A stretch of 64,000 nucleotides of DNA from Patescibacteria group bacterium (GTDB taxonomy: Bacteria; Patescibacteriota; Microgenomatia; Levybacterales; UBA12049): positions 327,343 through 391,342 of the forward strand of contig BPJB01000001.1 in NCBI GenBank assembly GCA_026004395.1. The letters are read 5' to 3'. This document shows positions 28,892 through 38,763 of this stretch, in pieces. The position numbers were made by a program, and so were the translations under genes. Position 1 is the stretch's first letter. Each line of letters starts with the position of its first letter. The notes beneath the pieces are model-generated. The model saw only the letters and a list, made by a program, of their open reading frames with translations, had not been told where the DNA came from and made no database searches.

Positions 28892-29899
28892 TCATAGCCA
28901 ATCTTTTCTAAAGAAAATAATAACTAAAATTAATGCAATAAAAATTGTGATCGCAACTATTGCATGAAAAGCCAACGGTGATTGGGAAAAAGGAAGTCGA
29001 ACATTCATACCATAAAACGTACCAATTATTGTGGGGATTGTAAGAATAACAGTTAAAGAAGTGAATAATTTAATAATCCTGTTTAAGTTATTGGTCAAAA
29101 TAGTTGAGTATGCCTCTCGAATATTGACTATTGTGCGTAAATTTTCCTTTGTAATTTGAACTAGTTGATTACATGCTAAAGCTACATCCTCCAGCAAATC
29201 CCGTTCCACATCGGTGAGATGAAATATTTTTCTATTTAATAAACTGTTATATACGGCTTCCATTCTCACAAGTGAGGTATTAAAGTCATAGAGAACATTC
29301 TCTATATTTACAAATTGTACGATATCTCTGTTTCTTACGTTTTCAAAGCTCATTGTGAAGGTACGAAGTTTCTTAGTAAGGTTTTTTAGATATTGATTAT
29401 ATGTCTCGTTAATTTGGCTAAAAATGCGAAAAAGTAGGAGAATTTTATGGGTAGTACTAAAGTCAATTTTTCCGCTTAAAAAAAGCTCTAGCCGTTGAAA
29501 AGGAATTTGTGTAATGGTGATAATGCAGTTGTCTTTTAAAATAAGTAGTATAGGAGTCGTGTCAATTTGATCATTACTTACGTACGCAAAGCGCAAAAAT
29601 ACGTAAAGAATATTGTCTTCAATATCAAAACGAGGAACTTCATGTATATCTTCAGCATCGTGAAGATGACCTGCATCTAATCCAAATTCATTAATTAACC
29701 TCTCTACGTCTTCAGAGGTAGGGTTTTCCACATAGACCCATGAATTGTTCTTGAACTTATCAAGTATTGTTACCTTTTTGTCTTTGGAAGTCTTATAAAA
29801 AAATTTAATCATATATAGGATACTTATTTTAGCACTACTTGCCTTAAGAGTGAAGATAGAGCACTGGAAACCTATATCAGTAAGACAAATTACATGCAA
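28892..29899 (-). CDS. corA: CorA-family magnesium/cobalt transporter
   Basis: C-terminal two TM helices with the YGMN motif (TFYGMNVRLPF). Length is 335 aa. Confidence 0.8.
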   Translation of the reverse strand: MHVICLTDIGFQCSIFTLKASSAKISILYMIKFFYKTSKDKKVTILDKFKNNSWVYVENPTSEDVERLINEFGLDAGHLHDAEDIHEVPRFDIEDNILYVFLRFAYVSNDQIDTTPILLILKDNCIITITQIPFQRLELFLSGKIDFSTTHKILLLFRIFSQINETYNQYLKNLTKKLRTFTMSFENVRNRDIVQFVNIENVLYDFNTSLVRMEAVYNSLLNRKIFHLTDVERDLLEDVALACNQLVQITKENLRTIVNIREAYSTILTNNLNRIIKLFTSLTVILTIPTIIGTFYGMNVRLPFSQSPLAFHAIVAITIFIALILVIIFFRKDWL

Positions 29900-30008
29900 A
29901 GCGATTCATTTTTTATAGGATAAACATAACACGAATGCTAGATCAGGTAAAAGAAATTAGGTAACTTTGTCTTTGCATAAAGACAAAGGAATGCAATAAT
30001 TTTGAGGG

Positions 30009-30042
30009 TTGACATCTAGCACTATCTATGATAGAGTGCTAA
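30009..30042 (+). promoter_or_regulatory. -35 box plus CIRCE-like inverted repeat (HrcA-operator type) upstream of lon
   Basis: TTGACA at 30009-30014. CTAGCACTA-N9-GAGTGCTAA at 30016-30042, against CIRCE consensus TTAGCACTC-N9-GAGTGCTAA (7/9 and 9/9 matches, exactly 9-nt spacer). About 23 nt upstream of the lon ATG. Confidence 0.6.
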
Positions 30043-30064
30043 TACTTAGAAAAACTGTAAAAAT

Positions 30065-32467
30065 ATGGATACAAAAATAGAGAAAGTAGTACCAGTTATT
30101 CCCATTAGAGACGGAATTATCTTTCCGAACACAGATTCCGTACTCACCTTCGGAAGACCCAAAAGCTTAGCTGCTCTTGAGTCATCATATACACAAGAGA
30201 GAATAGTTTGTTTTGTTCTCCAGAAGAACTCTAGAATCAATGACCCCTCACCAGAAGATTTATACACAGTTGGCACCCTCTCACGAATCGAACGAATGAT
30301 CCGTGCAGATGGAGAAATAAATGCACAAGTGAGAGGTCTATCACGTGTAAAAATTCTTTCTTACGAAAAACAAGATGCATTTTTTGTAGCACGAGTTGTT
30401 GAACTGGAAGAAGAGGTTGAGAATAGTCCTGAAGTAACTGCTCTTTGCAACCACCTTACAAATGAATTCAGACGAGCGATGAATTTTGGTAAGTCAGCAG
30501 ATTTTCTTGTTTTTATGAATATTATGTCTGAGAATTCTCCCTCTGAGTTGTCAGATTTGATAGCTTCAGCACTTGATCTCAAGCCCCAGGAGCGTCAAGA
30601 ACTTCTTGAAATGACCAATGTTAAAGAAAGACTGCAAAAATTAGTTGAGCTTCTTGCCAAGGAAATCAAGGTACTTGAGCTTGAGAGAAGAATTGCATCC
30701 AAGACACAGGAAAGATTTGAGAAAGGCGCAAGAGAAGCAATATTACGCGAAAGACTCAAAACTATAGAAAAAGAACTTGGAGAAGATGAAGGAGCAAGTG
30801 AAATTAAAGAACTTCTTAAGAAAATAAAAGAGGCGAAGATGCCTGAAGATGTTGAGGAAAAAGCCGAGAAGGAAGTAAAAAAACTTCAGAATATGAATCA
30901 GTTCAATCCTGAAGCAGGTTATATCCGCAATTATATTGATTGGCTTGTCAGCCTACCTTGGAGTATTGAGAGTAAAAGTGAGATAGATATTAAAACAGCA
31001 GAGAACATTCTTAATGAGGATCATTATGGACTTCCTAAAGTAAAAGAGCGAATTTTGGAGTATCTTGCAGTTCAGAAGCTTGCCGGTAAAATGAAAAGTC
31101 CAATTCTTTGTTTTGTTGGACCACCTGGTGTTGGAAAGACATCACTAGGTAAATCAATTGCTCGAGCTCTAGGTAGAAAGTTTATCCGTGTATCACTTGG
31201 TGGTATTCGTGATGAAGCTGAGATCAGAGGACATAGAAGAACATATGTGGGAGCTCTGCCAGGAAGAATTATCCAAGGTATTAAAGATGCTGGAACAAAA
31301 AATCCTGTTTTTATGCTCGATGAAATTGATAAAGTAGGTGCAGACTTCAGAGGTGATCCATCAAGCGCTCTTTTGGAGGCACTGGATCCTGAACAGAACT
31401 CTGAATTTTCAGATCACTATCTAGAAGTGCCATTTGATCTCTCAAACGTTATGTTCATTACTACAGCAAATGTTTTAGATACAATTCCACCAGCTCTTCG
31501 TGATCGTTTGGAGATCATTCATTTTGCTGGATATACTCATGATGAGAAGTTTCATATCGCAAAACAGTTCTTACTAAAGAAGCAAAGGGAAGCTCATGGA
31601 CTTAAAGAAAAGAATATAACAATTACTGACGCTGCAATTAACTTTGTCATTAATCACTATACAAGAGAAGCAGGAGTTAGAAATCTTGAGAGAAGGATTG
31701 CTACTATATTTAGGAAGGTTGCAAGAAAAGTTGCAGAAGGAAAGAAAGGCAGAATCATTATTGATGAAAAGGATATTCCCAAATATCTTGGACCTATTAA
31801 ATATAGTGGGACACTAATTGAAAAAGAGGATCAGATTGGGATGTCAACAGGCCTTGCGTGGACAGAAGCAGGAGGAGATATTCTCTTCATCGAAGTTGCT
31901 CTCATGCCAGGAAAAGGCTCATTAATTCTGACAGGTCAGCTAGGAGATGTTATGAAAGAATCGTGTCAGGCAGCACTTTCCTATATCAGAGCCAGAGCAT
32001 CGCAATTTGGTATTCCTGATAAGGTATTCCAGAAAACTGATATTCATGTCCATGTACCTGAGGGAGCAGTTCCCAAGGATGGACCATCAGCTGGTCTTGC
32101 AATCACGACGGCAATTGTATCAGCTTTGACAAAAATTCCTGTTAAGCGCACAGTAGGTATGACTGGTGAAATTACACTAAGAGGTCGAGCTCTTGAAATC
32201 GGTGGGGTGAAAGAAAAAGTAATTGCCGCCCATAGAGCAGGACTAAAAACTATCATTATGCCAAAAGACAATAAAAAAGATCTTGAAGAGGTACCAAAGG
32301 AAGTTCTCAGAGACATAAAGTTCAGATTTGTCACTCATATGGATGAGGTCCTTGAGATTGCACTGGCAAAACCGCTAAAAGTTAATTACAAGAAAGCAGA
32401 TGAGGAGAGGAGAATGGAGTCTTCACATTCAGTCCTCACTATCCATCAATCATATAAATCTAACTGA
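30065..32467 (+). CDS. lon: ATP-dependent protease Lon
   Basis: LON N-domain, AAA+ motif GPPGVGKTSLGKSIA, and catalytic serine motif PKDGPSAGLA. Length is 800 aa. Confidence 0.95.
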   Translation: MDTKIEKVVPVIPIRDGIIFPNTDSVLTFGRPKSLAALESSYTQERIVCFVLQKNSRINDPSPEDLYTVGTLSRIERMIRADGEINAQVRGLSRVKILSYEKQDAFFVARVVELEEEVENSPEVTALCNHLTNEFRRAMNFGKSADFLVFMNIMSENSPSELSDLIASALDLKPQERQELLEMTNVKERLQKLVELLAKEIKVLELERRIASKTQERFEKGAREAILRERLKTIEKELGEDEGASEIKELLKKIKEAKMPEDVEEKAEKEVKKLQNMNQFNPEAGYIRNYIDWLVSLPWSIESKSEIDIKTAENILNEDHYGLPKVKERILEYLAVQKLAGKMKSPILCFVGPPGVGKTSLGKSIARALGRKFIRVSLGGIRDEAEIRGHRRTYVGALPGRIIQGIKDAGTKNPVFMLDEIDKVGADFRGDPSSALLEALDPEQNSEFSDHYLEVPFDLSNVMFITTANVLDTIPPALRDRLEIIHFAGYTHDEKFHIAKQFLLKKQREAHGLKEKNITITDAAINFVINHYTREAGVRNLERRIATIFRKVARKVAEGKKGRIIIDEKDIPKYLGPIKYSGTLIEKEDQIGMSTGLAWTEAGGDILFIEVALMPGKGSLILTGQLGDVMKESCQAALSYIRARASQFGIPDKVFQKTDIHVHVPEGAVPKDGPSAGLAITTAIVSALTKIPVKRTVGMTGEITLRGRALEIGGVKEKVIAAHRAGLKTIIMPKDNKKDLEEVPKEVLRDIKFRFVTHMDEVLEIALAKPLKVNYKKADEERRMESSHSVLTIHQSYKSN

Positions 32468-32494
32468 CCGCGTTTTATTTGTTATACTTAGTGT

Positions 32495-33052
32495 ATGATA
32501 GCGCGGCGGCAGCGAAAATTCATCTATGATTTAATAATTGTTGTCTTCAGTATTTTTCTTGCTGTTTTACTGGCTGTTACAGGAACACTGGATGCATTTA
32601 TTAAACTTTTCAATTTTTCATATCTTTTAACCGCATTTTTCGCAGGAATATTTTTTACTTCAATTTTTACGACGGCTATTGGATCAGCTGCATTTGTTGT
32701 CTTGGGAATAGATGGATACAATCCTTTGACTGTTGGGGTTGTGGGAGGTATGGGGGCACTTGTTGGTGATACGATTATTTTCAAATTTGTCAGAAACGAT
32801 TTGCAAGCTGATCTAGCCTATCTTTTCCGATTGCGCAAACAAAAATCATTGCGTAAGCTTGCGACAGCTCCTTTTATTCATTTTTTACTACCTATTCTGG
32901 GGGGATTTATCATCGCATCCCCACTACCTGATGAGCTGGGAGTGACTCTACTTGCTTTGTCTCATATTCCAACACGCTATTTTTCACTAATTTCTTTTTT
33001 ATTTAATACTTTAGGAATAGCTTTGATCGTTCGCTTTGGCAATATTCTTTAG
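32495..33052 (+). CDS. Hypothetical small integral membrane protein
   Basis: 185 aa with 4-5 predicted TM helices and Gly-rich GVVGGMGALVGD. No confident family. Confidence 0.4.
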   Translation: MIARRQRKFIYDLIIVVFSIFLAVLLAVTGTLDAFIKLFNFSYLLTAFFAGIFFTSIFTTAIGSAAFVVLGIDGYNPLTVGVVGGMGALVGDTIIFKFVRNDLQADLAYLFRLRKQKSLRKLATAPFIHFLLPILGGFIIASPLPDELGVTLLALSHIPTRYFSLISFLFNTLGIALIVRFGNIL

Positions 33053-33062
33053 ATAAAAAATT

Positions 33063-34688
33063 ATGCAATCTTGCTTTGGACTTCACAAGAAAACTGTTAA
33101 ATTATCTTTTCCAATTATTCTTATTTTTTTCTCACTGATTCTTCTTTTACCATTCTACTCAGGAAGCTTTTATCTAAATCATGACGCAGAGGTGCATTTA
33201 GTTAGATCAGTTGAATACATGAGAGCATTTCTTGATGGACAGCTCCCACCCCGCTGGGCTCCCAATCTTAACTTCGGTTTTGGGTCTCCAGTATTTATTA
33301 TATTTTACCCCTTAGCTGGATACCTAATCGCTTTATTACATTTGTTAGGGTTGTCACTTGAACATTCATTTCTGATTCTTGCAGGGATGGCATTTATTCT
33401 TGGACCGCTAGGATTTTTTTTATGGTTGAGAGAGAAATATGACGATTTCACAGCATTTCTTGCAGCTCTTTTTTATAGTGTTATTCCTTATAGATTTTTA
33501 ACGCTTTATGTGAGAGGGTCAATTGGAGAGCTTATTGCATTAAGCTTGATACCTTTTATTTTTTATTGTCTTGAATCAAGGAGATCAAAAATACTTGTTG
33601 GTGGAATTCTTTATGGATTGCTTGTTCTTTCTCACAATGGATTGAGTCTTATTTTTACTCCGATTTTTATTCTTTATTCTCTTTTTATAGCGAAAAAACA
33701 TAAAGAAATACTCTTGATGCTTGTTATTGGTTTGGGTTTGTCTTCATATTTTTGGATACCTGCACTTATTGAATCAAAATATACAAGTTTTCTTTTATAT
33801 TACAAAAATATGTATCGTGATAATTTTATATCTTTTCTATCGCTTATCTATTCTCCTTGGGGATTTGAGACGCGTATTAATGAACAAGGAGGACTTTCAG
33901 CGCAAATTGGTGTCCCCGGAATTGTTATATTAATAAGCGTGACAGTAATGATGTTTTTTAGAAGAGATAAAAAACAGACTTCATTTTTTCTTTTTTGGCT
34001 GGCAATTTTCCTAATTGGAATTTTTCTTTCCACTGCTTTGTCTTCTTCGCTTTGGGAGAAATTTGATTTCTTAAAAAAGTTTCAGTTTCCATGGAGATTT
34101 TTAGTTATTTCAAGTTTTGCAACTTCTGCGATTAGTCCAATTCTCTTTTCTAATACAAGTAAGCGTATAGCCTTAGTAATAATAGCGTTATGTATTGTGT
34201 ATTCTTTGCCTTTTATAAAAGTACAAAAATATATTACTAGAGGAGATAATTATTACTATTCTTATCAAGGCAGCAGTACTCATCGAGCAGAGGCAACTCC
34301 AATTTGGTCACCAGGAGATCCAAGCAGAAAAGCTTTGTCTCGATTGGAAATAATAGGAGGTCAAGGGATACTGAAAAATGTACACTTACAATCAACAAAA
34401 CATAGCTTCATAGTACTTTCTAGGACAGGAGTAGCAATTCTTGATAACACATTGTATTTTCCAGGATGGACACTACGAATTGATGGTCAGAAAACACCTC
34501 TAGAATTTCAAGATCCGAATCATCAAGGATTGATTACTTTTCATGTGCCTGCAGGTGAGCATACTGTAGAGGTGGCTTTTGAAAACACAAAAGTTCGTTT
34601 GGTGGGGAATATTATCTCTTTTGTTTCCATTCTCGCGGTTGTGGGATATGTATTTGCTTTAAAACTTAAAAATTTTAATATGAGATAA
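33063..34688 (+). CDS. Polytopic membrane protein, paralog family A (GT-C-like architecture; uncharacterised)
   Basis: Shares two modules with ORFs 41574, 43210 and 48607. N-terminal loop: HD..VHL.R...DGQLPPRW......GFGSP.F.FY.PL. C-terminal domain: YFPGW...DG.KTP.EFQDP....I...VP.GEH.V...FENT.VR. Confidence 0.6.
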   Translation: MQSCFGLHKKTVKLSFPIILIFFSLILLLPFYSGSFYLNHDAEVHLVRSVEYMRAFLDGQLPPRWAPNLNFGFGSPVFIIFYPLAGYLIALLHLLGLSLEHSFLILAGMAFILGPLGFFLWLREKYDDFTAFLAALFYSVIPYRFLTLYVRGSIGELIALSLIPFIFYCLESRRSKILVGGILYGLLVLSHNGLSLIFTPIFILYSLFIAKKHKEILLMLVIGLGLSSYFWIPALIESKYTSFLLYYKNMYRDNFISFLSLIYSPWGFETRINEQGGLSAQIGVPGIVILISVTVMMFFRRDKKQTSFFLFWLAIFLIGIFLSTALSSSLWEKFDFLKKFQFPWRFLVISSFATSAISPILFSNTSKRIALVIIALCIVYSLPFIKVQKYITRGDNYYYSYQGSSTHRAEATPIWSPGDPSRKALSRLEIIGGQGILKNVHLQSTKHSFIVLSRTGVAILDNTLYFPGWTLRIDGQKTPLEFQDPNHQGLITFHVPAGEHTVEVAFENTKVRLVGNIISFVSILAVVGYVFALKLKNFNMR

Positions 34689-36426
34689 TGAATTTTTCGC
34701 AAAATGTCTTTATATTAAGTTTTTCAACAAAAAGATGTGTTAAAGTAACGTCTGATATGTAATTTTTTGTTGGCATCTTATCACAAAGTACATCGTTATA
34801 AATTGCAAATGCTCCACCACTATCTTTAAGATGTGCAATAGTACGCTGAGATTTGTCTATTTTGACATCGCAAAGTGATTCGTAAATTACAGTGGCATCT
34901 TTTAACGTTTTAGGACTAGAGCATTGGACAAATGTGATATTGGGAATTTCATATATTCTTTTTTGGATTAGATTATTTATTTGGGGGATATTTTTTTTGG
35001 TGTAGATTCCTGAATAGAACAAGTATTCTCTAAAAAGTAATAAAGGATTGCTTGCATGGACTACGATTTGTTGATTTTGCGATGATGCAAGACTTACATA
35101 TCGTGCAAATACTCTATTGGGGAAGATCAAAATATTATCATTTAGTGGAAATTGGTAAAAATAAATGACTAGAAAATTTAAAAATAACAGGGAATAGATG
35201 CAAAAGATACCGATTGTAACAATTGAAGAATACCATTTGTTTTGCAAAGAGTTGATAAGAGTATATAAGCCGTATGCAATTATTATTAATAAAAGTGGAA
35301 TAAAGAGTGCTAAATGAGGAGTGAAGTTGCCATCGCCTTTGGGATTATGAAATACTTGAGGAAATGTTGATATAACAATAAGCGCTAGGAAAAATAACGA
35401 ACGTTTTTTATTACTTTGGAAAAAACTTACTATGCCAATCAGGAGAAAAAAAGCATCAAGATAATAGAATAATCCATGTCTTCCCAATGAAAAAAAGTAG
35501 TCGCCTGTTCCAAAAAGATATGTAGGAGAGGTTAAGTTGAAAATATTTGCAATTAGAGTTTGGAGATATAGCGTGTATTTATTTTCAAAAAACTTAATTA
35601 ACGGTGATGAGAGAGAAGATTGTCGTATATTATTAACTTCTTCAGCAAGATGCGTATGGTTGGGAAGAAAAATGTCTCCCATTCTTGATGCTTCAGGCTG
35701 GGCATTGAGTTGGTAAATAAATATGCCAACAATCATTATGGCTACTCCAAGAATAGCAATATAATAAGTTTTATAGCGTTTTTTGTGTATAACAAAAAAA
35801 GAGTAAACGGCACAGAGAATTATAAAAGGAAGAAATATCAGTTTCGTCCCAATATAAGAATAGAAAGCAAGGAGCATCGCAGGGATTGCAAGAAGAAGAT
35901 AGGGTCCTTTAGCTTTTAAGAGTATATACAGCGTTAAAATGTAGAAGAACGTCGCTGGCACGACTTCGTATGCAGTCCTTCCACTAAAAATAAACCAGGG
36001 ATTAATAGAACTTAACGCTGCAGCGATAATCCCAAATTTTTTATCTACAAGTTCTTTTCCGAGAAAATACATTAAGATCACAATTCCTACACTTAGGATA
36101 GCGTTGGGCAGCGCAGCTGTTGCAAGAGATAGTCCCAATGGCCCAACGCTAAGAAGAGTTAGTAAGTAAGGAAGTTCTGCTTGCATGCCTGCCCACTGAG
36201 GATAATGAAAAAGAAAAATATCCAAAAGTGTTGTATTACCACTAATATCTTTTCCTGTTTCATAAAAAGATTTTGCATCCAGAAGATAGTGCAGTTGGTC
36301 AAAACTGGTAGCGCTTGGTACATTGTTCAGCAGAAAGAATCTCGTAAAAACACTAATAAGAATAATTGCAAGAAAAAAACTATTCCTTTTTAGCAAGAGA
36401 TAAATATACACAACAATATTATACAT
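34675..36426 (-). CDS. GT-C-type (PMT/ArnT-like, GT39/83) polytopic membrane glycosyltransferase
   Basis: 583 aa with more than 12 TM helices. The extracytoplasmic first loop and overall topology resemble PMT_2-family proteins. Confidence 0.55.
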   Translation of the reverse strand: MYNIVVYIYLLLKRNSFFLAIILISVFTRFFLLNNVPSATSFDQLHYLLDAKSFYETGKDISGNTTLLDIFLFHYPQWAGMQAELPYLLTLLSVGPLGLSLATAALPNAILSVGIVILMYFLGKELVDKKFGIIAAALSSINPWFIFSGRTAYEVVPATFFYILTLYILLKAKGPYLLLAIPAMLLAFYSYIGTKLIFLPFIILCAVYSFFVIHKKRYKTYYIAILGVAIMIVGIFIYQLNAQPEASRMGDIFLPNHTHLAEEVNNIRQSSLSSPLIKFFENKYTLYLQTLIANIFNLTSPTYLFGTGDYFFSLGRHGLFYYLDAFFLLIGIVSFFQSNKKRSLFFLALIVISTFPQVFHNPKGDGNFTPHLALFIPLLLIIIAYGLYTLINSLQNKWYSSIVTIGIFCIYSLLFLNFLVIYFYQFPLNDNILIFPNRVFARYVSLASSQNQQIVVHASNPLLLFREYLFYSGIYTKKNIPQINNLIQKRIYEIPNITFVQCSSPKTLKDATVIYESLCDVKIDKSQRTIAHLKDSGGAFAIYNDVLCDKMPTKNYISDVTLTHLFVEKLNIKTFCEKFIISY

Positions 36427-36573
36427 GCAATAAACTTATTTTTAATTCCAATATTCGAAATTGAAAATAATAATATCTTAGCAGTATGAAGCGATATGAA
36501 ATTTAGTTGGAACATTTTGATATATATAGTAGTTTGTTTACATTTATGTAGGCAATAAATTGAAGTGGAAATG

Positions 36574-36646
36574 TGACCCCACGGGAATTCGAATCCCGGT
36601 TTTCAGGATGAGAACCTGATGTCCTAGACCACTAGACGATGGGGCC
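36574..36646 (-). tRNA. tRNA-Glu (anticodon CTC)
   Basis: Minus-strand sequence GGCCCCATCGTCTAGTGGTCTAGGACATCAGGTTCTCATCCTGAAAACCGGGATTCGAATTCCCGTGGGGTCA folds as a cloverleaf. 7-bp acceptor stem (one G-U pair), anticodon loop TTCTCAT, T-loop TTCGAAT. No encoded CCA. Confidence 0.85.
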
Positions 36647-36796
36647 AACAAAAAATATTGATCCAGTTTAAAAGTTACAAACTTGTAGATATTTTAGCGT
36701 AAGTATGCTTAATAAGCAAACAAATAGCAAATAGCAACTTATTGAAAAATTTTCAGTAACTATTCATGTTTGCTCATCTGGTGTATAATTTGAGTT

Positions 36797-37555
36797 GTGA
36801 ATAGTATTTTCCTTTCGGTAATAATCCCCTGTTACAACGAGATGGCTAATTTACAAAAAGGAGTCCTCGATAAAGTCAGTCATTATCTTTTAAAGCAAAA
36901 ATATTCATCAGAAGTAATCATCGTAGATGATGGATCAACAGATGGAAGTATTCAGTTTATTGAAAAATTTGTCAAAGAGAACGCAAATTTCAAACTTATC
37001 AAGAATAGACATACAGGTAAAGCAGGAGCAGTTTCAACAGGAATGTTGAATGGCAAGGGTGAATATCTACTTTTTACTGATATGGATCAAGCCACCCCAA
37101 TAGAGGAAGTTGAAAAGTTGATTCCTTATTTTAGAGAAGGTTATGATATAGTGATTGGATCGAGAAAATCTAAACGTGAGGGTGCACCCTGGACACGTAT
37201 ATTAATGGCTCGTGGAATGATGTTTTTGCGAACACTGGTTGTTGGTCTTCATGGTATTGATGATACACAATGTGGTTTTAAGATGTTTAGGAATGATGTG
37301 TCAAAAAAACTCTTTGGCACACTGCGTAAACTTCATAATGGATTTAAAGAGGTTACAGGGTCTAGTGTTACAGCGGGATTTGATGTCGAACTTTTGTATC
37401 TAGGTCAAAAAATGGGATACAAAATAAAAGAAGTTCCTGTCAGCTGGCTTTATGTTGAGACTAGAAGAGTTAATCCTCTTAAAGATTCGTTTCAAGGATT
37501 TCTAGATCTTTTGATAATTAAACAAAACGCAATCAAAGGCAAATATAATATATGA
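36797..37555 (+). CDS. GT2 polyprenyl-phosphate sugar synthase (GtrB/Dpm1/ArnC-like)
   Basis: LSVIIPCYNEMANL...VIIVDDGSTDGS...GKAGAVSTGM...LLFTDMDQATP are signature motifs of the Dpm1/GtrB/ArnC clade. Overlaps the next gene (ATGA). Confidence 0.8.
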   Translation: MNSIFLSVIIPCYNEMANLQKGVLDKVSHYLLKQKYSSEVIIVDDGSTDGSIQFIEKFVKENANFKLIKNRHTGKAGAVSTGMLNGKGEYLLFTDMDQATPIEEVEKLIPYFREGYDIVIGSRKSKREGAPWTRILMARGMMFLRTLVVGLHGIDDTQCGFKMFRNDVSKKLFGTLRKLHNGFKEVTGSSVTAGFDVELLYLGQKMGYKIKEVPVSWLYVETRRVNPLKDSFQGFLDLLIIKQNAIKGKYNI

Positions 37556-38763
37556 ATTATAGATCTCAGACTGAGAAAAAAATTGTTCCAACAAAGCTTT
37601 TTTTTGTGCTCTATCTACTTTTAACTTTTTTACTCTTTTTGTACTCCTTTACCCAAGTTGATCTTGGACTAACATTGACTAGAACATCCGCTTTGACAGC
37701 TGTCCAGCATGCATTTCAATATATTGGTTATTTCAATAGACCGCTTTCCACAAGTCTTTATCTTGCAATCATTTTTTTTCTTTTTGGACTTTATATTTGG
37801 TCAATAAAATTAGTTATTAAAAAACAAATTACCAAAAAAATGGTTTGGTTGATTATCTTTTGCGTATCTCTTATATTAGTTTTTTCCTATAATGCTTTTT
37901 CACATGATATTTTTAACTATATTTTTGATGCAAGAATAGTTACTTATTACAGGGAAAATCCTTATTTTAAGAAAGCATTGGATTATCCCAATGATCCCAT
38001 GCTTGCTTTTATGCACTGGACACATAGGACATATCCTTATGGACCAATATGGCTTCTTCTAACTATTCCTCTATCATTTTTAGGATTTTCATTTTTTATC
38101 CCGACATTTCTTCTTTTTAAGATTATGAGCGGACTATCTTATCTTGGATCAGCGTACTTGATCTCCAAAATCACCAGGTACATCAATGAAAAATATGAAT
38201 TATTAAGTCTAACATTCTTTGCTCTTAATCCTCTTGTCCTGATTGAATCGCTTGTTTCAGGACATAATGACATAGTGATGATGTTTTTATTACTTGTCAG
38301 CATTTTATTTTTGGTTAATCAAAGATTTATTTGGTCATTTTTATTTCTTTTTCTGTCAATAGGTATAAAATATGCGACGGGATTCTTATTGCCTATCTAT
38401 CTTGCCATTTGGTTTTTTAAGAAAAAAGAAAGTCGAATAGTTTGGCAAAATATTTTTCTAATCTTTGTTATTGCTATGCTCTTCGCGCTTGTAGCAGCAA
38501 TATTGAGAACGCAGTTTCAACCATGGTATCTTTTATTTGTTATACCACTTGCATCCCTTGTTACACAAAAGAAATATATTCTTGTCCCAACAATCTTTAT
38601 TTCTTTTGGCGCATTATTAAATTACGCTCCATACTTATACTGGGGCAATTGGAATGATCCTGTACCAAAAATAATTTTTTTTATTAATCTATTGGCAGCA
38701 ATGCTAGCGTCTATTTCAATTTGTTGGCTTCTTGTAAGAAAGAAATTTAATTTTTCTTTGTAG
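37552..38763 (+). CDS. Polytopic membrane protein, putative GT-C-like glycosyltransferase (uncharacterised family)
   Basis: 403 aa with about 11 TM helices. A conserved acidic loop motif HDIFNYIFDARIV lies after TM3. Translationally coupled to the upstream GtrB-like GT2. Confidence 0.45.
   Translation: MNYRSQTEKKIVPTKLFFVLYLLLTFLLFLYSFTQVDLGLTLTRTSALTAVQHAFQYIGYFNRPLSTSLYLAIIFFLFGLYIWSIKLVIKKQITKKMVWLIIFCVSLILVFSYNAFSHDIFNYIFDARIVTYYRENPYFKKALDYPNDPMLAFMHWTHRTYPYGPIWLLLTIPLSFLGFSFFIPTFLLFKIMSGLSYLGSAYLISKITRYINEKYELLSLTFFALNPLVLIESLVSGHNDIVMMFLLLVSILFLVNQRFIWSFLFLFLSIGIKYATGFLLPIYLAIWFFKKKESRIVWQNIFLIFVIAMLFALVAAILRTQFQPWYLLFVIPLASLVTQKKYILVPTIFISFGALLNYAPYLYWGNWNDPVPKIIFFINLLAAMLASISICWLLVRKKFNFSL

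Noticed and set aside
32468-32494. Hairpin CCGCG...CGCGG after lon as a terminator
   Set aside because: The 5-bp stem has a roughly 29-nt loop, there is no T-tract, and it overlaps the next ORF start. It is not convincing.
36782-36799. TGtTATAAT extended -10 directly abutting the GTG start of the GT2 gene at 36797
   Set aside because: It would leave no 5'UTR and place the transcription start at or inside a GTG start codon; leaderless translation normally needs AUG. It may be a promoter for an internal start, but I cannot support that.
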